Part shown: piece by piece, positions 25,720 through 38,499 of the stretch | Numbering within the stretch: the first letter of the stretch is position 1 | Layout: each line of letters opens with the position of its first letter | Source of the DNA: Raillietiella orientalis | Taxonomy: Eukaryota | Direction: 5' to 3' | Length of the DNA: 53,394 bases | NCBI GenBank assembly: GCA_036172245.1 | Contig: JAYWIR010000031.1 | Location: forward strand, 2,666,001-2,719,394 | Made by a program: the position numbers and the translations under genes | Notes under the pieces: model-generated | Seen by the model: the letters and a program-made list of their open reading frames with translations, nothing else | Databases searched by the model: none | Told to the model about the DNA's origin: nothing

Positions 25720-28700
25720 TTTGTCACCCGGGTGCGCCGGGGCGTTTACTCCTAAACTATGCAGGAACAGAGTTCCCGGACAAAGGACACAGAAGAAACG
25801 AAGGGGAGGGGGATCCCCGACATGCAGGTCGGTATACCGAAAGTCCGGAACGGGAGAAAGAAGACCACAAAAACACATATAAAAAATAGAAATAAAGATA
25901 TGGGGAGGAGAGGGGACAGGGGTCTTTGGATCGGCCCTTCCTTTCCTTAAGAACCGGTTCTGGATGCCGGTGATCTCGCTCCTAACGTCTTCCGGAAGAT
26001 GGGCCCACTCGGCAGCCGACGCCATGTTTACGCTGGCTATTCCGGTGGGTTGACGAAGGATGGCCAGCTTCTCCAACTCTTGGTGGGCCTTGTCGATGGC
26101 GCGGGTGCAACAGACCGTTGCGGTGACAGCACCTAAGGACAGGCCGCCTGGCGTGAAGAAGCGGCGCATCAAGTCTCTTGCGGTGTCCCCCTGGTGCTGG
26201 AGAGCTGAGGCCAGCCTCCGCGACAGTCCTTGGAGGACACCGCAGTCCAAGAGCAGGTGAGGGAGCGTTTCCACTTCCTCGCACTGTTTACAGTTCGGGG
26301 AGATACGGAAACACGGTTCGTCCGCTGGATGGAGTGAAAACCCCAATGCACCAGCATGATGAGGTCCTGTTTCCGAGTTAAAGGGAACACAGAAGTGTTT
26401 AAACAGGAGGGAGGGACCACACTCAAATGTTCACTCCACCGAAGGAGTCCCTTAGAGATGATGCGAGGCATGACGGCGTCTGCCAGCTCGCAAGTCCTCC
26501 AGCCGCCTATGGGTCGTGTTGCTCCTGAGATAGCGCAGGCGACCTCCCACCTCGCCAGTGAGCAGCTGTCATCACGTGCCCTGAGGGTTGACAGCGCGTC
26601 GGCGAGGGGCGCGATGGCCAGGCGAGTTTACTTCTCCTGGCTATTGCAGACCTCATCCACCGTGCAGTACGGGGAGAAGTTCCAGGAGGGAAACATCCTG
26701 GTGCTTTGCCCAGGCATGCAACGACTCCTGCCGCCAGGCGTCAAAGTTTGTTAGGCGGCAGGAGATCCATTCCTGGACTAACAAGGGCCGGTAGAGGGGT
26801 TTCAAGGGGAAAACGAAGCTACTCGTGGCGCGCTCCGTATGCAGCTGGAGCGACAGAAGGCCATCGCTGCCGGTGCATCGCCGCAGGAGCAGGCGCGCGG
26901 GAGAACATCACGGAGTGGACCAAAGGTTGGCGCACAGAGCCAACATTCGAAGCTGCACCTGCAGCTCGATTCTCTCCAGCGTCAGGATGCCCAAGCCGGC
27001 ATCCCGACGCAGAGCCGCCAAGTCTTTGAGGCGGATCCTGGACCTCAGAGCGTTCCTCAACAGGCTTTGCGCCTGGAGCTTGGCCGAGTAGGGAAGCGGA
27101 CAAACAAAAAGCAGGGGCGTAAGAGGGGGACAATGAAGGTGTTCCACAGGGTAGCCCGCTCCGGTAGGAGGAACCTGCCGAGGTGGAACGGGCTTAAAGT
27201 ACTCGTAGCCTGCCGAAGGCAGTCCGACCACACTTCCACTGGGCTGATGTTCTCCAGCGGGACGCCTAAGTACTTGAAAGACGAAGAGGTCGGGATCCCC
27301 AAACGGATCCAGTCGGACTGCCTATCCCACACCGCACCAACAGGAATGACCACGCTCTTGCTCCGGTTTACGCTCATGCCCGCTCCCCGGCGAATCAGTA
27401 CGAAGAAATCCTCGAGACTGGACGCCGGGGTGGTCATGGGTAAGAGGAGAAGCAGGTCGTCAGCATAGGCCGCCACGGACGGCGTTCCTGGACAAAGGCT
27501 CGGCAGGTTGGCCAGCGTCAGCCTGTACGCCCTCGGCACCAACTCAAAGAAGATACTGAAGAGCAACGGACTTAAACTGTTGCCCTGGCTGATACCCCGC
27601 CGCAATGTGGCAGCCGCTGAAAGAGATGGAGATCAGCGCGCGGCGCCAGCAAGCGCGCAAATAGGCCACGAGGTGCACCGGAAGACCAAGGCGTTCCAGG
27701 GGCTCCAGAAGGAGTTCCTGGTTCACGCAGCCTTGCGAAGATGGACCGCAACCGCCAAGGCACACGTAGTTTCCGCAGGCCGAATGCACCTTCGCCTAGC
27801 CGCGACAGCGGCGGGTGCGGTTACCTGGCTGTCGTGCGCCACGCAGCGTTGTAGCTCGAGCCACTTGCGTGTGAAGAACAGATTCGCCTCCATGGACCGT
27901 CCGGGAACAGCGCAGGACTGCTCCGGACTGCTCCGGACTTACCACGGTTCCCGCGATCCTGCCTAGACGCGCGACCCAGAGCCTGGAAAAAAACTTGACG
28001 TCCAAATTCACTAAAGTGATCGGACGCCAGTTGTTTAATTGGCGCATATTTATTCGGCAGAATACGCACCCTAGTTAAGCGAAACGAGGCCGGGACATTG
28101 CCCGTCTCTCGCATCAGGGTAGAAAGGCTGAGCACCAGGGGGACGAGTTCCGCCACGAAGCACTGGTGGAACTACGCAGGCAGACCATCCTCACCTAGCG
28201 CCTTGCGCTTCTTGAGGCCCGCTATGGCGGAAGACACTTCTTCCGCCGTGAAGGGCAAGTCTAGAGTGGCGCGTTCCTCCGTCGACCGCAGGGGAATCCG
28301 CCGGCAGAAGCAGCTCCGAGAGACTGCGTTCCGTCGGCTCCCTAGCATACAACGAGGAGTAGTAGCGCCTTAGGAGGCGGCGAACGTCGGCCGCGCCCGA
28401 GCACTCCAGGCCCTGGTCATCGAGCAGACAAGCCGCTCCTGACTGCCAGACCTGGCGCTCGGCCTTGGCCTTGTACTCCACAAGGTACCGGACGTCCGAG
28501 CATCGAGAGAATTGGCGGGCCTGCAGAAACTCTGCTGTTGGCCACACCTTCAACGAAGCCACGGGGAATCAGGCCCAAGGGGAACCGGCTGCAGAACTCG
28601 CGGACCGATCTTTTCAGATCGGTTCAGATCAGCTCCCGAACGACCAAGCCCGGAGATGCTGGAGGAGGTGCTTCGCAGCCACCGGGTTTCTCAGCCAGTC

Positions 28701-28810
28701 GGCCGGCAGCCTCCAGACGTGCGTCAGAGGGCCCTTGCCAGGCGGGAGTAGCTCAAACTCCAGCCTGTAGTGGTCGAAGAGCTCGGACTGCGTGCCGGTC
28801 ACTCGGCAAG
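25720..28810 (-). mobile_element. Tx1/L1-clade LINE fragment T3: 5'-truncated, decayed ORF2 (EN end, RT, C-terminal Zn finger) with 3' UTR and terminus
   Basis: NNWRPITLVNLDVKFFSRLW, RRGISQGNSLSPLLF, AYADD, FKYLG and CKQCEEVETLPHLLLDC, with several frameshifts and stops. Pyrimidine-rich 3' UTR and terminal AGTAAACGCCCCGG..CCGGG motif. Confidence 0.92.
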
Positions 28811-29589
28811 TTCCAATTTTGTTTTGTAACGTTGTAGGGCCTATGGTCCTACACATGTATGTTTATTTTGCATCCCTTTGTTGACTGTTGCAATTGATGT
28901 GAATTTAAGTTTAATAGTTCATATTATGGAATATTGGATGTTATTAGTGCATGCATTATTCATTCGGTTCCGATTACAATTTACAGAAAATGCATAGCTT
29001 TTTTTTATCACAAATACATCAAGTAATCGAAATCCGAATTCATGGCAATTATATGTCTCAAAACTTGTTAGTTATGCTATATTTCTCTGTGTTACGCATT
29101 ATTTCCTCATGAAAATCTCAACTACATGAAAATTCAGGAAACTAGCTGTTTTCGATTCCAAGATTCATATATTTGTCACGGTTGAGTCTTGGGAATCTTT
29201 GTAAATTCTAAATCTATAAAAACATTTTGCTGAGAGGCATAAACTTCACATAGAGTTCTAGAAAGAAACATGAAAATACGTAAACATTGCTCAAACAAGA
29301 TAACTACATCTGCAATATCACTGGTACGAGTGCAATAAATGGGGGCAGCCTTAGTATTTGTGATCTTAATCCACGCATCATAGGGAAAACACTATGCTTT
29401 ACAAAGAACTCCTGGTTTAATTAAGATGGTATCGTACAGATAAGATGGGTAGCGTCCAAAGCGTGGCACTGTCCGCATTACACTGGTCTGGATCAGACCA
29501 ATCTGACAGGAAGACAGGTGACTCTACATCCATCAGAATACCCAACTGAGGGCACACCTAAATTGACTGTATTTAGATGAAGACTTCAA

Positions 29590-30015
29590 AGCAGTATGAC
29601 TCACTCCGCACAGCGGATATATCCATGCGGAGTGTGAAGACAGTTAGGTGGACAACTATCGAGTGGTCCACTGTGAGCAAGAATACACGGCGTCCGTTCA
29701 TCGTGATGGTGGTTCGCAGCAGCTGTTGAGTGAGCTCTGCACTTTTCCAGTTCAACACCATAAGCTGCCCTGGCTATCCACCGACAGGACGACTACCTCA
29801 CCCTCAGGTATGTTTACCTCTTAAGCTCCTGAGAAAAAAAGCAAAGTACTGCGAGGGAATATGAAAAACGCCTACCTTGTAAAATAGGGCCGGGTTGTAG
29901 CCGTCGGCCTCGTACGCCCGCTGTTCCTCCGTAACGGTTGGCAGAGGCGCCGTCACCACAGCACTCTAAGCCCTGCTCCCGGTGCTTATGAACACCTCCA
30001 CCCTCCCCTTAAAAT
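29590..30015 (-). mobile_element. Tx1 LINE fragment T4: ORF1 (type A) 5' part
   Basis: QQLLRTTITMNGRRVFLLTVDHSIVVHLT and AYEADGYNPALFYKV are homologous to the ORF1 at 51312-52933. Confidence 0.75.
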
Positions 30016-30693
30016 GGCAGGAGTCGGCTCTCCTGTTGCAGCACTGGGGACCCCCCTGCAACGTTCGCCGACACCACTGGACACGGGGAGCGGTGAATCC
30101 GAACTGTGCCAGGTGTGGGCAGCGGGAATTCCTCTCGCACCTCTTAGTTGACTGTGTTGCCTCCGGCCCCTTTGGGAACGTTTCGGTACGATCCTATGGA
30201 TCGTGGAAGGTAGCCCTCTCAGATACGTTTTTCGGCTTTTCTTCGTGCGGGACGCCCTGCAGCCAGAAGCTGTCGTAGCAACGCCCAGCTGCATCCGCGG
30301 TATTGTGGCGGCTTGGAGAGGATCCGACGAAGCAGAAGATGGTAACGGAAGGGATGTCATGGAGTATGCAGCTCTCTTTCTGCGAATAGCAACCCGATGG
30401 CCCCACCTGAGAAATCTGCAGAAGGACCTCGTCGGCATCCTGCAAAGGAAGGAAACTCCACGCAGCGGACAGTGATCCCTTCACGACCCTCCAAAGAACT
30501 ATGGTTTTTTGCTTTTTCAGTTTTCCTTTATTTTTATTTTTGTTTTCCCCATCCCCCTCCTCTGACGTGGAGTGTCAAGTCGGTCTGTGCACAGACAACC
30601 CGGCAGCTCCCTATGTTTATTGGCCGCAGCGGGGCCTTGTACCGCAAATACCCAAAGTTTTTCAATAAACGCCCCGGCTTGACCGGATGAAAA
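30015..30693 (+). mobile_element. Tx1 LINE fragment T5: ORF2 C-terminus plus 3' UTR and terminus
   Basis: HHWTRGAVNPNCARCGQREFLSHLLVDC; ORF2 stop at 30473-30475; T-rich tract; AATAAACGCCCCGG..CCGG end at 30664-30693. Confidence 0.85.
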
Positions 30694-30694
30694 C

Positions 30695-31965
30695 GTAAGA
30701 GGAAAAATGGCGGAAGCGGTGCGTGGTTTTCGTTTCGACGACTTGGAAATGGAGGACAGCATCGACGACGTTTTCCTCGACCACGACCTGTGTTCAGGAG
30801 TCGGTAAACGAGGAAGGCTCCCGTCGACTCTGTCCGAGCATTTCCGTCTGATATTGGATGTTTGGCCACGCGATAAGGGACCCCCATCCAGGGCGTGGCG
30901 CCTGCCAGGGGATTGGACGAGGCTCCCAGGTGCGGCGGATAATCTCCGCCAATTCCTCAGAGGCGTCACCCTCCGGAATCTCGAGGATTGGGACTTCAAG
31001 CGTTCGTTCCGGGAGTTCTGTGAGGAGTTTCCCCTGGGGCGCCTTCCCTCTGGGTTTTGGGAAGATATTCGCAACGAAAGGGCGTATTTATACGCCTGTC
31101 GTTACGCGAGGACTCCCAACGTCCGTCGCCTGGCCGAGTACCGAACCGGGGCTGAGCGCCAAGCCTGGCAGTCCGGTTCTCTCACCATGCTGGACGACCA
31201 GGACCGTGAACACTCGGCCCCGGCCGCGATACGACACATCCTGCGGGAATTTTATTGCTCCCTGTACTCCAGGGCGCCTCCCGAGCGGGACGCCTCGCGA
31301 CTTCTGCTCCCGGATGGAGCCCCGGCAATAGGAGAGGAGGAGAGGGAAAGCCTTAAGGAGCCATTTCCGACCGCTGAAATCATCACCGCGATAAAAAGGC
31401 TCATGAGTCGTAAGGCACCAGAGAAGGACGGCCTTCCCGCGGAGTTTTTTCAAGGCTTCGCTTCAGAAATGACCCCCTTGGTGCTCAGGTTGACACAGCT
31501 GATCCGGGAAGAAGGCGATGTTCCCGTCAAGTTCCGGTCAGCTAGGATGAGGCTCCTTCCTAAGGGAGGAGACCTCCGTAAGTCGAACAAATGGCGTCCG
31601 ATCCTGGTCGTGAACACGGACGTCAAGTTGGTCGCGAAACTGTGGGCTGCGCGGATCGGACAGGTAGCCGAATCCTTAATTAGCTCGGAGTAGACTAACG
31701 CTATTCCCGGGCGAAGTATGGAGGCTAACCTGTTTTTCGACAGCACATGGTTTCATGTGCAATGCAAAGTTAAAGAGCGAAAGGCATCTGTCGGCAACCC
31801 CAATTTAAGGGTGACCGCTGGTCAGGGTGGGGACAGCCGGGCGGGCAAGGGTGCCCTAGCGATCGCAGTCGATCTCCATAAGGCGTTCGATTGCGTGGAC
31901 CAGGAGCTTCTCCTGGAGCTTCTGAATCGCATGGGCTTCCCACCTAACTTAACGGGTGCGCAGCA
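30695..31965 (+). mobile_element. Tx1 LINE fragment T6: ORF2 from the endonuclease end into RT
   Basis: ORF 30707-31693 contains SIDDVFL, LSEHF, KAPEKDGLPAEFF and WRPILVVNTDVKLVAK, continuing to PGRSMEAN and VDLHKAFD after a premature stop. Confidence 0.92.
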
Positions 31966-32400
31966 AGCGTTGCACAACTGCAGCGTCTTTGCAGCGCACC
32001 TTAAAATAGCCCATGTCCCGTACGGGCATAATGGCGAGAAGGTCCTCGTCCCGCACGCCAATACGGGTCAGTTAGTCGTTGAATCGATTTCCTTGACGCG
32101 CAGAAAGAAACCCACTTACCTTATATCGGAGAGCGGGGCTATAGCCCTGGGCTACGTAAGCCCGCAACTCCTACTCGTTGGGGGGTACCCCTTTGATGGC
32201 TGCCGCAACAGCAGCGTCAGCGAAGCTTCTCGCCATTGGCGAGGCAGACGAAGAGGAAGGGGCTGTCGGTTCCGCGGTTGCACATCCGTACGCTGGTTCT
32301 TCACGGTTTCAGCATGGGAAGGCATCGTCTTTGGAATGCACAACACCAAAAAGAAGCGAACGAAAGCTAGTCTAGGAGAGCGAGGAAAAAACACTTCGCA
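31965..32400 (-). mobile_element. Tx1 LINE fragment T7: 5' end plus ORF1 (type B) N-terminus
   Basis: ELRAYVAQGYSPALRYKVS is homologous to ELQAYVANGYTPALRYKVS at ~50360. Carries the 5' motif GTGTTTTTTCCTCGCTC. Confidence 0.75.
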
Positions 32401-32404
32401 TTGC

Positions 32405-34410
32405 TCGTTGAAATTGTCGGCTTTCGGTACGCCGTACGTGCGCTTGCCTCCGACAGCCAGTCGCGCTGCAGGGCACGGAAGAATGCCGTCCGTGCCACGC
32501 GCGCGTGACCGCCGCTCGGCGCGTACACGCTCGTGACGACGAGATCGATCGAGCAGGACCACCTGAAGGTGATTTGCCAGAATCCACCATTCTCATTGAA
32601 ACGGACTTTCCGCACCACGCGCTGTAGAGCAGGCTTAAGAAGGAAAGCGACCCGCGCGGTGACCGCATCTCCACATAAGCTGACCATCTGCTATCCTCTC
32701 GATCTCCTGCGCATGTTCTGCGGAGATCTGATGGATCTCCTGCAGCAGCACGAGCTCGAAGGCTTGCAAAGTGACAGCTATGTCTCGTCTCCAGCCGTCA
32801 TCGAAATGCCAGTTGACCTTCCAACTGGCGATGTGTGTTTGACGGCAGGTGGCGAGTCCCGGCATTACTGCTGGGGAAGTGATGCTGCGTCTCCTGCCTC
32901 CCATCGGGCGGGATGCTATGTGACTGCTCTACAATGGGGGCGCCTCGACACCTCCCTCCGCTTCCATCGGCTCCGCCTTGACCGCGCATGGGAGTTCAGG
33001 ACACGTATCCATTTCTCCACCGATCGCCACAACCTCGTTTCCGGAGGATTCTCCTTCCTCAGAGGAGACGATCCTTCTCGGGTTACGGATCTTCCGTCCA
33101 GACTTCCTCGAGAGTGCATACGCGGATGGTGTGTGTCCGGCCTCCGGGTCGGAGTCCGAGGTCCCAGTCCCCCTCCTTTCGGCCGGACGTCGAACGGCCA
33201 TCTTTCCGGCCTTTGAGGGCTGCTGCGGAACGGCGGAGAGCTCGTCGGCGGCTTTCGCAAAGTCCGCGTCATTGAGGCTCTCTCTTTCGACGCAGCCCTC
33301 GGACCCTGTTTGCACAGCGACGGGGCTGTTGGCGTTGTTGCACACGGCAACGGCCTGTTCTCACGGCACTTCGGCGTCTGCAATACGTACCAGTGCGTTC
33401 GTGGCTTTTTTTGAGTCTCTGCTTTTTCGCAGGTTTCGTGGATTTTGGAGGGACTTTATTGTTCTTTTTTGTTTTATCCTTCTTGTGGCTGGACTTTTGC
33501 CAGTCAGGCTCTTCTTCCACCTGGGTTGCCTGCCTTACCGCAGACGGGGTGGTCGGCACGGCCTTTTTGGCTGGCTCCGGGTCAACCGTTTTTCGGACGT
33601 CGGACTGGGTTTACCAGGCTTCTTGTTGCTCGCGTTCGTGCCGCTCGCGGCTGCTGCCGGTCCGCGCGATTTGTTTTGGGGGCACACTTCTTCCATGTGC
33701 CCCGTTGCCTCCCACTTGCGGCAGGTGATGTTGGAACAGCGTTTCTTTCCGTGCCCCTTAGCATCACAGAACGCGCAGATAGCGATGTCGACAGAATCTC
33801 CGCCGCCTACCAGTTTGTGGGGAACCCCAACATCCTTGGCGACTGTGATAAGCGCCGCGAAGAGTCCGCTCAGGAGCCCGTCGTAGGTACGGAATCTATT
33901 GGGCTCGTCGCATAGTGCGTGCACGGTGCCGAATTTGCTAATTTAACCCCTGACGGCGCTCGGCGACCTCCTTTGGGTGATTCCTCTAAGGTGGACAACT
34001 ATCGAGTTGTTCACCGGAACGGGGGAGAGCTGGCGGCCCTCGATACTCACGGGCAGCAGTCTGCGGCACACCTGCCTCTTTGCAGGTCAGCTCGACGTGC
34101 TGCCACCCGCTGCGGATGGAGAGTCCCGCTCTTTCTTAGATACAATCAAACGGTGGAGCTCCTGCTCGAAAGAGCATGCCACACAGTCACCAACCACGCA
34201 GCCTACTTTATACAGCAGGCTGGGGTTGTAATTATGGGCCTCATAGGTCTGGGCCTCGGCCATGCCCGCTGTAGATGGCGCGGCGACCACGGCGCTGTAG
34301 TCGGTAACTGGCGCAGTGGACAAGGCTTCGGGTGCTGATGCCCTCACCTGCATGGGGACGATGGACGTTTGACTGTCGCACCTCGACATTCTGTAGTGGT
34401 GGATTCAAAT
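32405..34410 (-). mobile_element. Tx1 LINE fragment T8: nearly whole ORF1 (type A) plus start of the ORF2 endonuclease, decayed
   Basis: YEAHNYNPSLLYKV; CAFCDAKGHGKKRCSNITC...GHMEEVC knuckles; TAATG stop-start at 32867-32863; WKVN..LLQEIH..SVYAPSG, ending at the GDFN-equivalent. Confidence 0.88.
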
Positions 34411-35040
34411 ATTTCTGCCATCCTCCGACACCACTGGACGCGAAGATGTGGCAAGCCCAATTGTGTCAGGTGAGGGGAGACGGAACACCTCCCGCACTTG
34501 TTATTGGATTGTGTTGGACTCCAGCCCCTATGGGAACGCTTTGTGGCGGCGTATGGAATCTCCAGGAGCAACCCCAGAGACCCTTTGAGACCGCTCTTCG
34601 TCCGTGATGCTCTGCCGCCAGAGGCCATGCTTGCAGCCCTGTTCTGCCTACGCGGGATCGTCGCTGCATGGAGCAAAGCGACGGGACGAACTAGCGATAG
34701 GGATGCCGCCGCATACGCCTCCCGCTACCTCAGGAAGGCGAAGCGATGGCCCCATCTAGAACCACGTACCAAGCAACAGCTTCCCGGCTTCCTCCAGAGG
34801 ATGACGTACCCTTCCAGCAGACAGTGATCCCTTCCTGTTCCCTCCACAGTTTTGTTTATTTTTTGTTTTTTTTTGTTTCGTGCTTCCTGTCATCTGCTGG
34901 CGAGGTCGACTGCACCGGTCTGCGCACCAGGAACCCTTCAGGCTGATAGTATCTAGGGCGTGGCTGGACTACTGGTCCGGAAACTGGATTAAAAAATGTT
35001 TGTCTGCAAGAATAAACGCCCCAGGGCAACCGGGTTTGAA
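34410..35040 (+). mobile_element. Tx1 LINE fragment T9: ORF2 C-terminus plus 3' UTR and terminus
   Basis: Homologous to T5 (LLDC...RPLFVRDALPPEA...RWPHL...*, stop at 34825-34827); AATAAACGCCCCAGG-GCAA-CCGGG end. Confidence 0.85.
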
Positions 35041-36165
35041 CGGAGACTCTGGAGCTTGACGCCTCTCTGGAATTGGTGGAGATCTTCGACCTCATCTGGG
35101 AGTTTCGTGCAGCCCCCTACAGGCGCCATGCTCTGGACAGGGGTCCCTCGTCGCGTGGTCATACGTCGAATACGAGACGGTAATGGTCGCAAAGCGTCGA
35201 CGAAAGTCTTGCTCGTTTCGCTTCACGTTCGCACATGTCGTGGACGAGGTAGACGCGGTCGATGCTGTACTTGATTTCCAGATCTCCCTCCATCCAGTTG
35301 CGCGCCCGCATAAGGGCACAGAAGTTGATGGGCGCGTTATTCTGCGTGCAGGACGCAACTTTCAACAGGCGGAGGTTGAAGTTCACAGCTATCAGGTTGG
35401 TTCTGCGCATTCCTGCACTCCTCAGCCAACCATGTTTCAGGTACTGGCAGAACTGAGTTTGTTCAGCGTACCTTTTGTTTCCTATTGGAGAGTACACGTT
35501 AGTAACTACGAGGTTGAGGTTTTGGTTCCGCCTGAGTATCAGCTGGGTGTCCTGTCTGCCAATGTCGAAGCACACGCCCTTCATGGGACCGGCGACGGCT
35601 AACTTGATTAAAAACGCGACCCCACAGGTGTTGTGGTCGCCGCCGTGCCAAATCAGTCGCTCTCCCGCGATCCCCTCGATCTCGTGGACGTTTTTCGCAG
35701 TGATTACGTGCATCTCCTGCCGATGCTCCAGGTCGAAGTCACGCAGGGTGGAGACTGTGTCTCGTCTGCTAATGTCGTTGCGTTCCCACAGTCCACGAGG
35801 ATCTGTAGGCGACTGGTGAATCTAGGTATTATTCCTGGGAATGTGGCACGGCCGCTCTCGTTTCCTGATCTTTTAGAGCACAAGGAAGAGGATGTGCTTC
35901 CTGTAGCTCTTCTCGCTTTTCCATGGGATCGACTGATCAGCAGGACCGCATGGTGGGAGCGGGGAGTCACTCACCTGCTTACCCTCCTCCCTGGGGTAAC
36001 CTGTGGTGCGGCGTTGGAGCGTGGTGGATTCGCGTCATTGGTTTGCACGCTGTCCTCTTCTCCTCAATTGCCGGCCCATTCGCCTCGCAGCGTGGTGGGA
36101 TTGGTCTCTTCGGCTCCTTACGTCCTGACTTCCGGGGGTTGCCTCTGTGGAAGAGGATGAGCTCA
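35041..36165 (-). mobile_element. Tx1 LINE fragment T10: ORF1 tail plus APE endonuclease domain
   Basis: ORF 35159-35713 contains HNTCGVAFLIK, VTNVYSP, IAVNFN, SIDRVYL and LCDHY; ORF1 stop TAA at 35831-35829. Confidence 0.88.
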
Positions 36166-37399
36166 CGGTATTTCGTTGCCGAATGTGGATTTCCTGATAA
36201 TTGTAAATTTTATTAGTAGATCCATAAAATGTTTCAGCTATTGCTTTTAAAGTTGAATTTTTCGGCCTATTACGAAACATCGATAACTGGGATTTGAAGA
36301 AGAGGACTACCACATGTTAGCAGCAACCAGAAGTAGGATTTCTGTTTTCAAATGAGATTCTCGAAGCAACACAACTTATTTTTGAAGTTAAGACTGCTTG
36401 ATGTTCTTCAGAAGAGTATTTTAGCGTTCTGACCAAGAGGCAACGGTGAAAACTTCCCAGAGAAATAGATGGAATGTCAAATGTTCGATGTAAGGATGCA
36501 GCATCCTTTAAGTTTCCATGAGATGGGAGTGATTGCGAAGTACTTCGAGGAGAACAATTGTAATAATGGATTCATTCATTACTAATCTTCCGTTTTTATA
36601 TTGTCACATCAGATAAGCCTTAGCATCCTCGATCTACCGAAAGCCGAATTTACGCACAGACGTTAGAATGGTCAAAGCAGGAGATGTTCTTCATGTGGGA
36701 TGCTTATTGTTTTATAGTTGCATATCATCCGATGAAGGCATGCATGAAGTTATCCTTGTATGGAAAAAGGAAGATTATTTTTTTTTCTTTATTTCTTATT
36801 TGTAACTGCGGGATGGTGAAACATGTCGGCTGCTGAATAGTGTTTGCAGTTGTATGGTTGATTGCTGGAAAAATGCAATTACTGAATGTAATCGATAACA
36901 ACATCTACGGAATAGTGCTCTATTTTGTTAGCATTAAGGTGTGCAGGGTTATGAGTTGATAAATATCTATTTGGTACTATGATGTAATATGGTATAAAAG
37001 AAATGTCATGATAGGGGGGTTAAACGAGGGAGCTAGCATGGTTATTGTTTGCGTGTTATTGCTGGCTACTCAGATCTGGGTTGTTGGTTTGGTTGGAAGA
37101 TGGGTGAGAACTTGTCAAACATCGATAGCTTATTGGGTCCCGTTCTACATCTGAGGAGTTTGCAAATGTAGTCTGGACGTTTGCTTCATTGGAAGGAGTT
37201 ATCCTGAATGCAGGCGGTTGCATCTTTGAAAGTGTACTGAACCTCTAATTCTTCACGGTCGTTGCCTGAACTTTGCAGAAATTTCTAGGTATCGGAATTC
37301 ATTGAAAAGAATAGTTTTTCTTCAACAGATTACATGGTCTAGACCAAATTTCTACAAGGCAACAGCGAGCACACCATCATTCCAGGACCTCGCGAATGA

Positions 37400-38200
37400 T
37401 AGCATGATCCGCTAAAGCTCTTGCACGTTGCATTCTACCAGCAAATTGCTCCTAATTTTCATAATGCTCGTAATCCGGAAGATATAAAGGCGGAAACAGA
37501 CAGTCTTTCACAAAGAATGTGCTGCAGAGCACAGAATACCAACAGATACTTTTATCAAAGTACAAGAGAAATGTACTTCCCGCAGTTAAGGATTCGTCGA
37601 AGACCATACCGTATTGCTGGTGGGGATTTTAAGAACTGAACTCAATGTTGCCAAGCGACGGGAGTCGAAAAACTTCAAATCGAAAACGCTGTCCAGGAAA
37701 GTGCAATAAGCTGATGACAATCTTACCCAGTTTCCTGAGATATTCATGTCAACTACCATTTCTCCTCAAGATACCGTCCATATAATCAACAGCGCGGCTC
37801 CTTACTGCTCTTCAAAGTGTATTTTGCTGAAAGTTTCGAACAAAAAGGACACTTCAGAATTGCTACAAATCCGAGACACCCTACAAACCGCAGTTTAGTA
37901 ATGCAGTAGCACTCATCGCATTCCCGTGATAGCAAAAGAAAGTCTGCGGGAGGCAGCAATGTGGGCAAGAACACAACTGTGGATTGCGCGAGGCAGGCTG
38001 AGTCCCGGAAATCTCGGCATCCCGTGCATGCAGCGAGCGAATGAAAGCATTAGGAGAGTGCTTCGCCTAAGGAGGGCCTCTATTCAGCAGGAGCACATTC
38101 CAGATTCCTGTGACACACCTGTGAGAGAAGCTCTATCTCACCGAAGTGCGGGAGCAACAGTGAGAAAGCGCTTTGTTGCCGTTGCCTAGGCAATAGCTGC
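37400..38200 (+). mobile_element. Decayed APE endonuclease fragment of an older AT-rich LINE (CR1/L2-like)
   Basis: IAGGDFK (GDFN-like) followed by a DDNLTQ-like segment; otherwise degenerate. Confidence 0.3.
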
Positions 38201-38499
38201 TGGATCGAGATAAGCGCATGCACTTCATTCTCCTCAATGTTTGTACCTGTCTACAGCATTTCTTGCGTCGGTTTTCTCATCTTCGGTGTTGCCCTGAACC
38301 TGCCAGGTGGGTAGTTTCCTTCCTTGAAGCCTAATAAGCTGAACTTCAGTAGTGAGTAGAGCACAAGCTGCCTGAGCCAAAATCTGAATCCCAATCCTAA
38401 TTACAGGATGCTGCTTTTGCATCTCGGGAAGATTCGCTAAAACCACGAAAAACAGTTACTTCCATGCCTCGTTTAGGAATGTCACCTTGGACGTTCTAG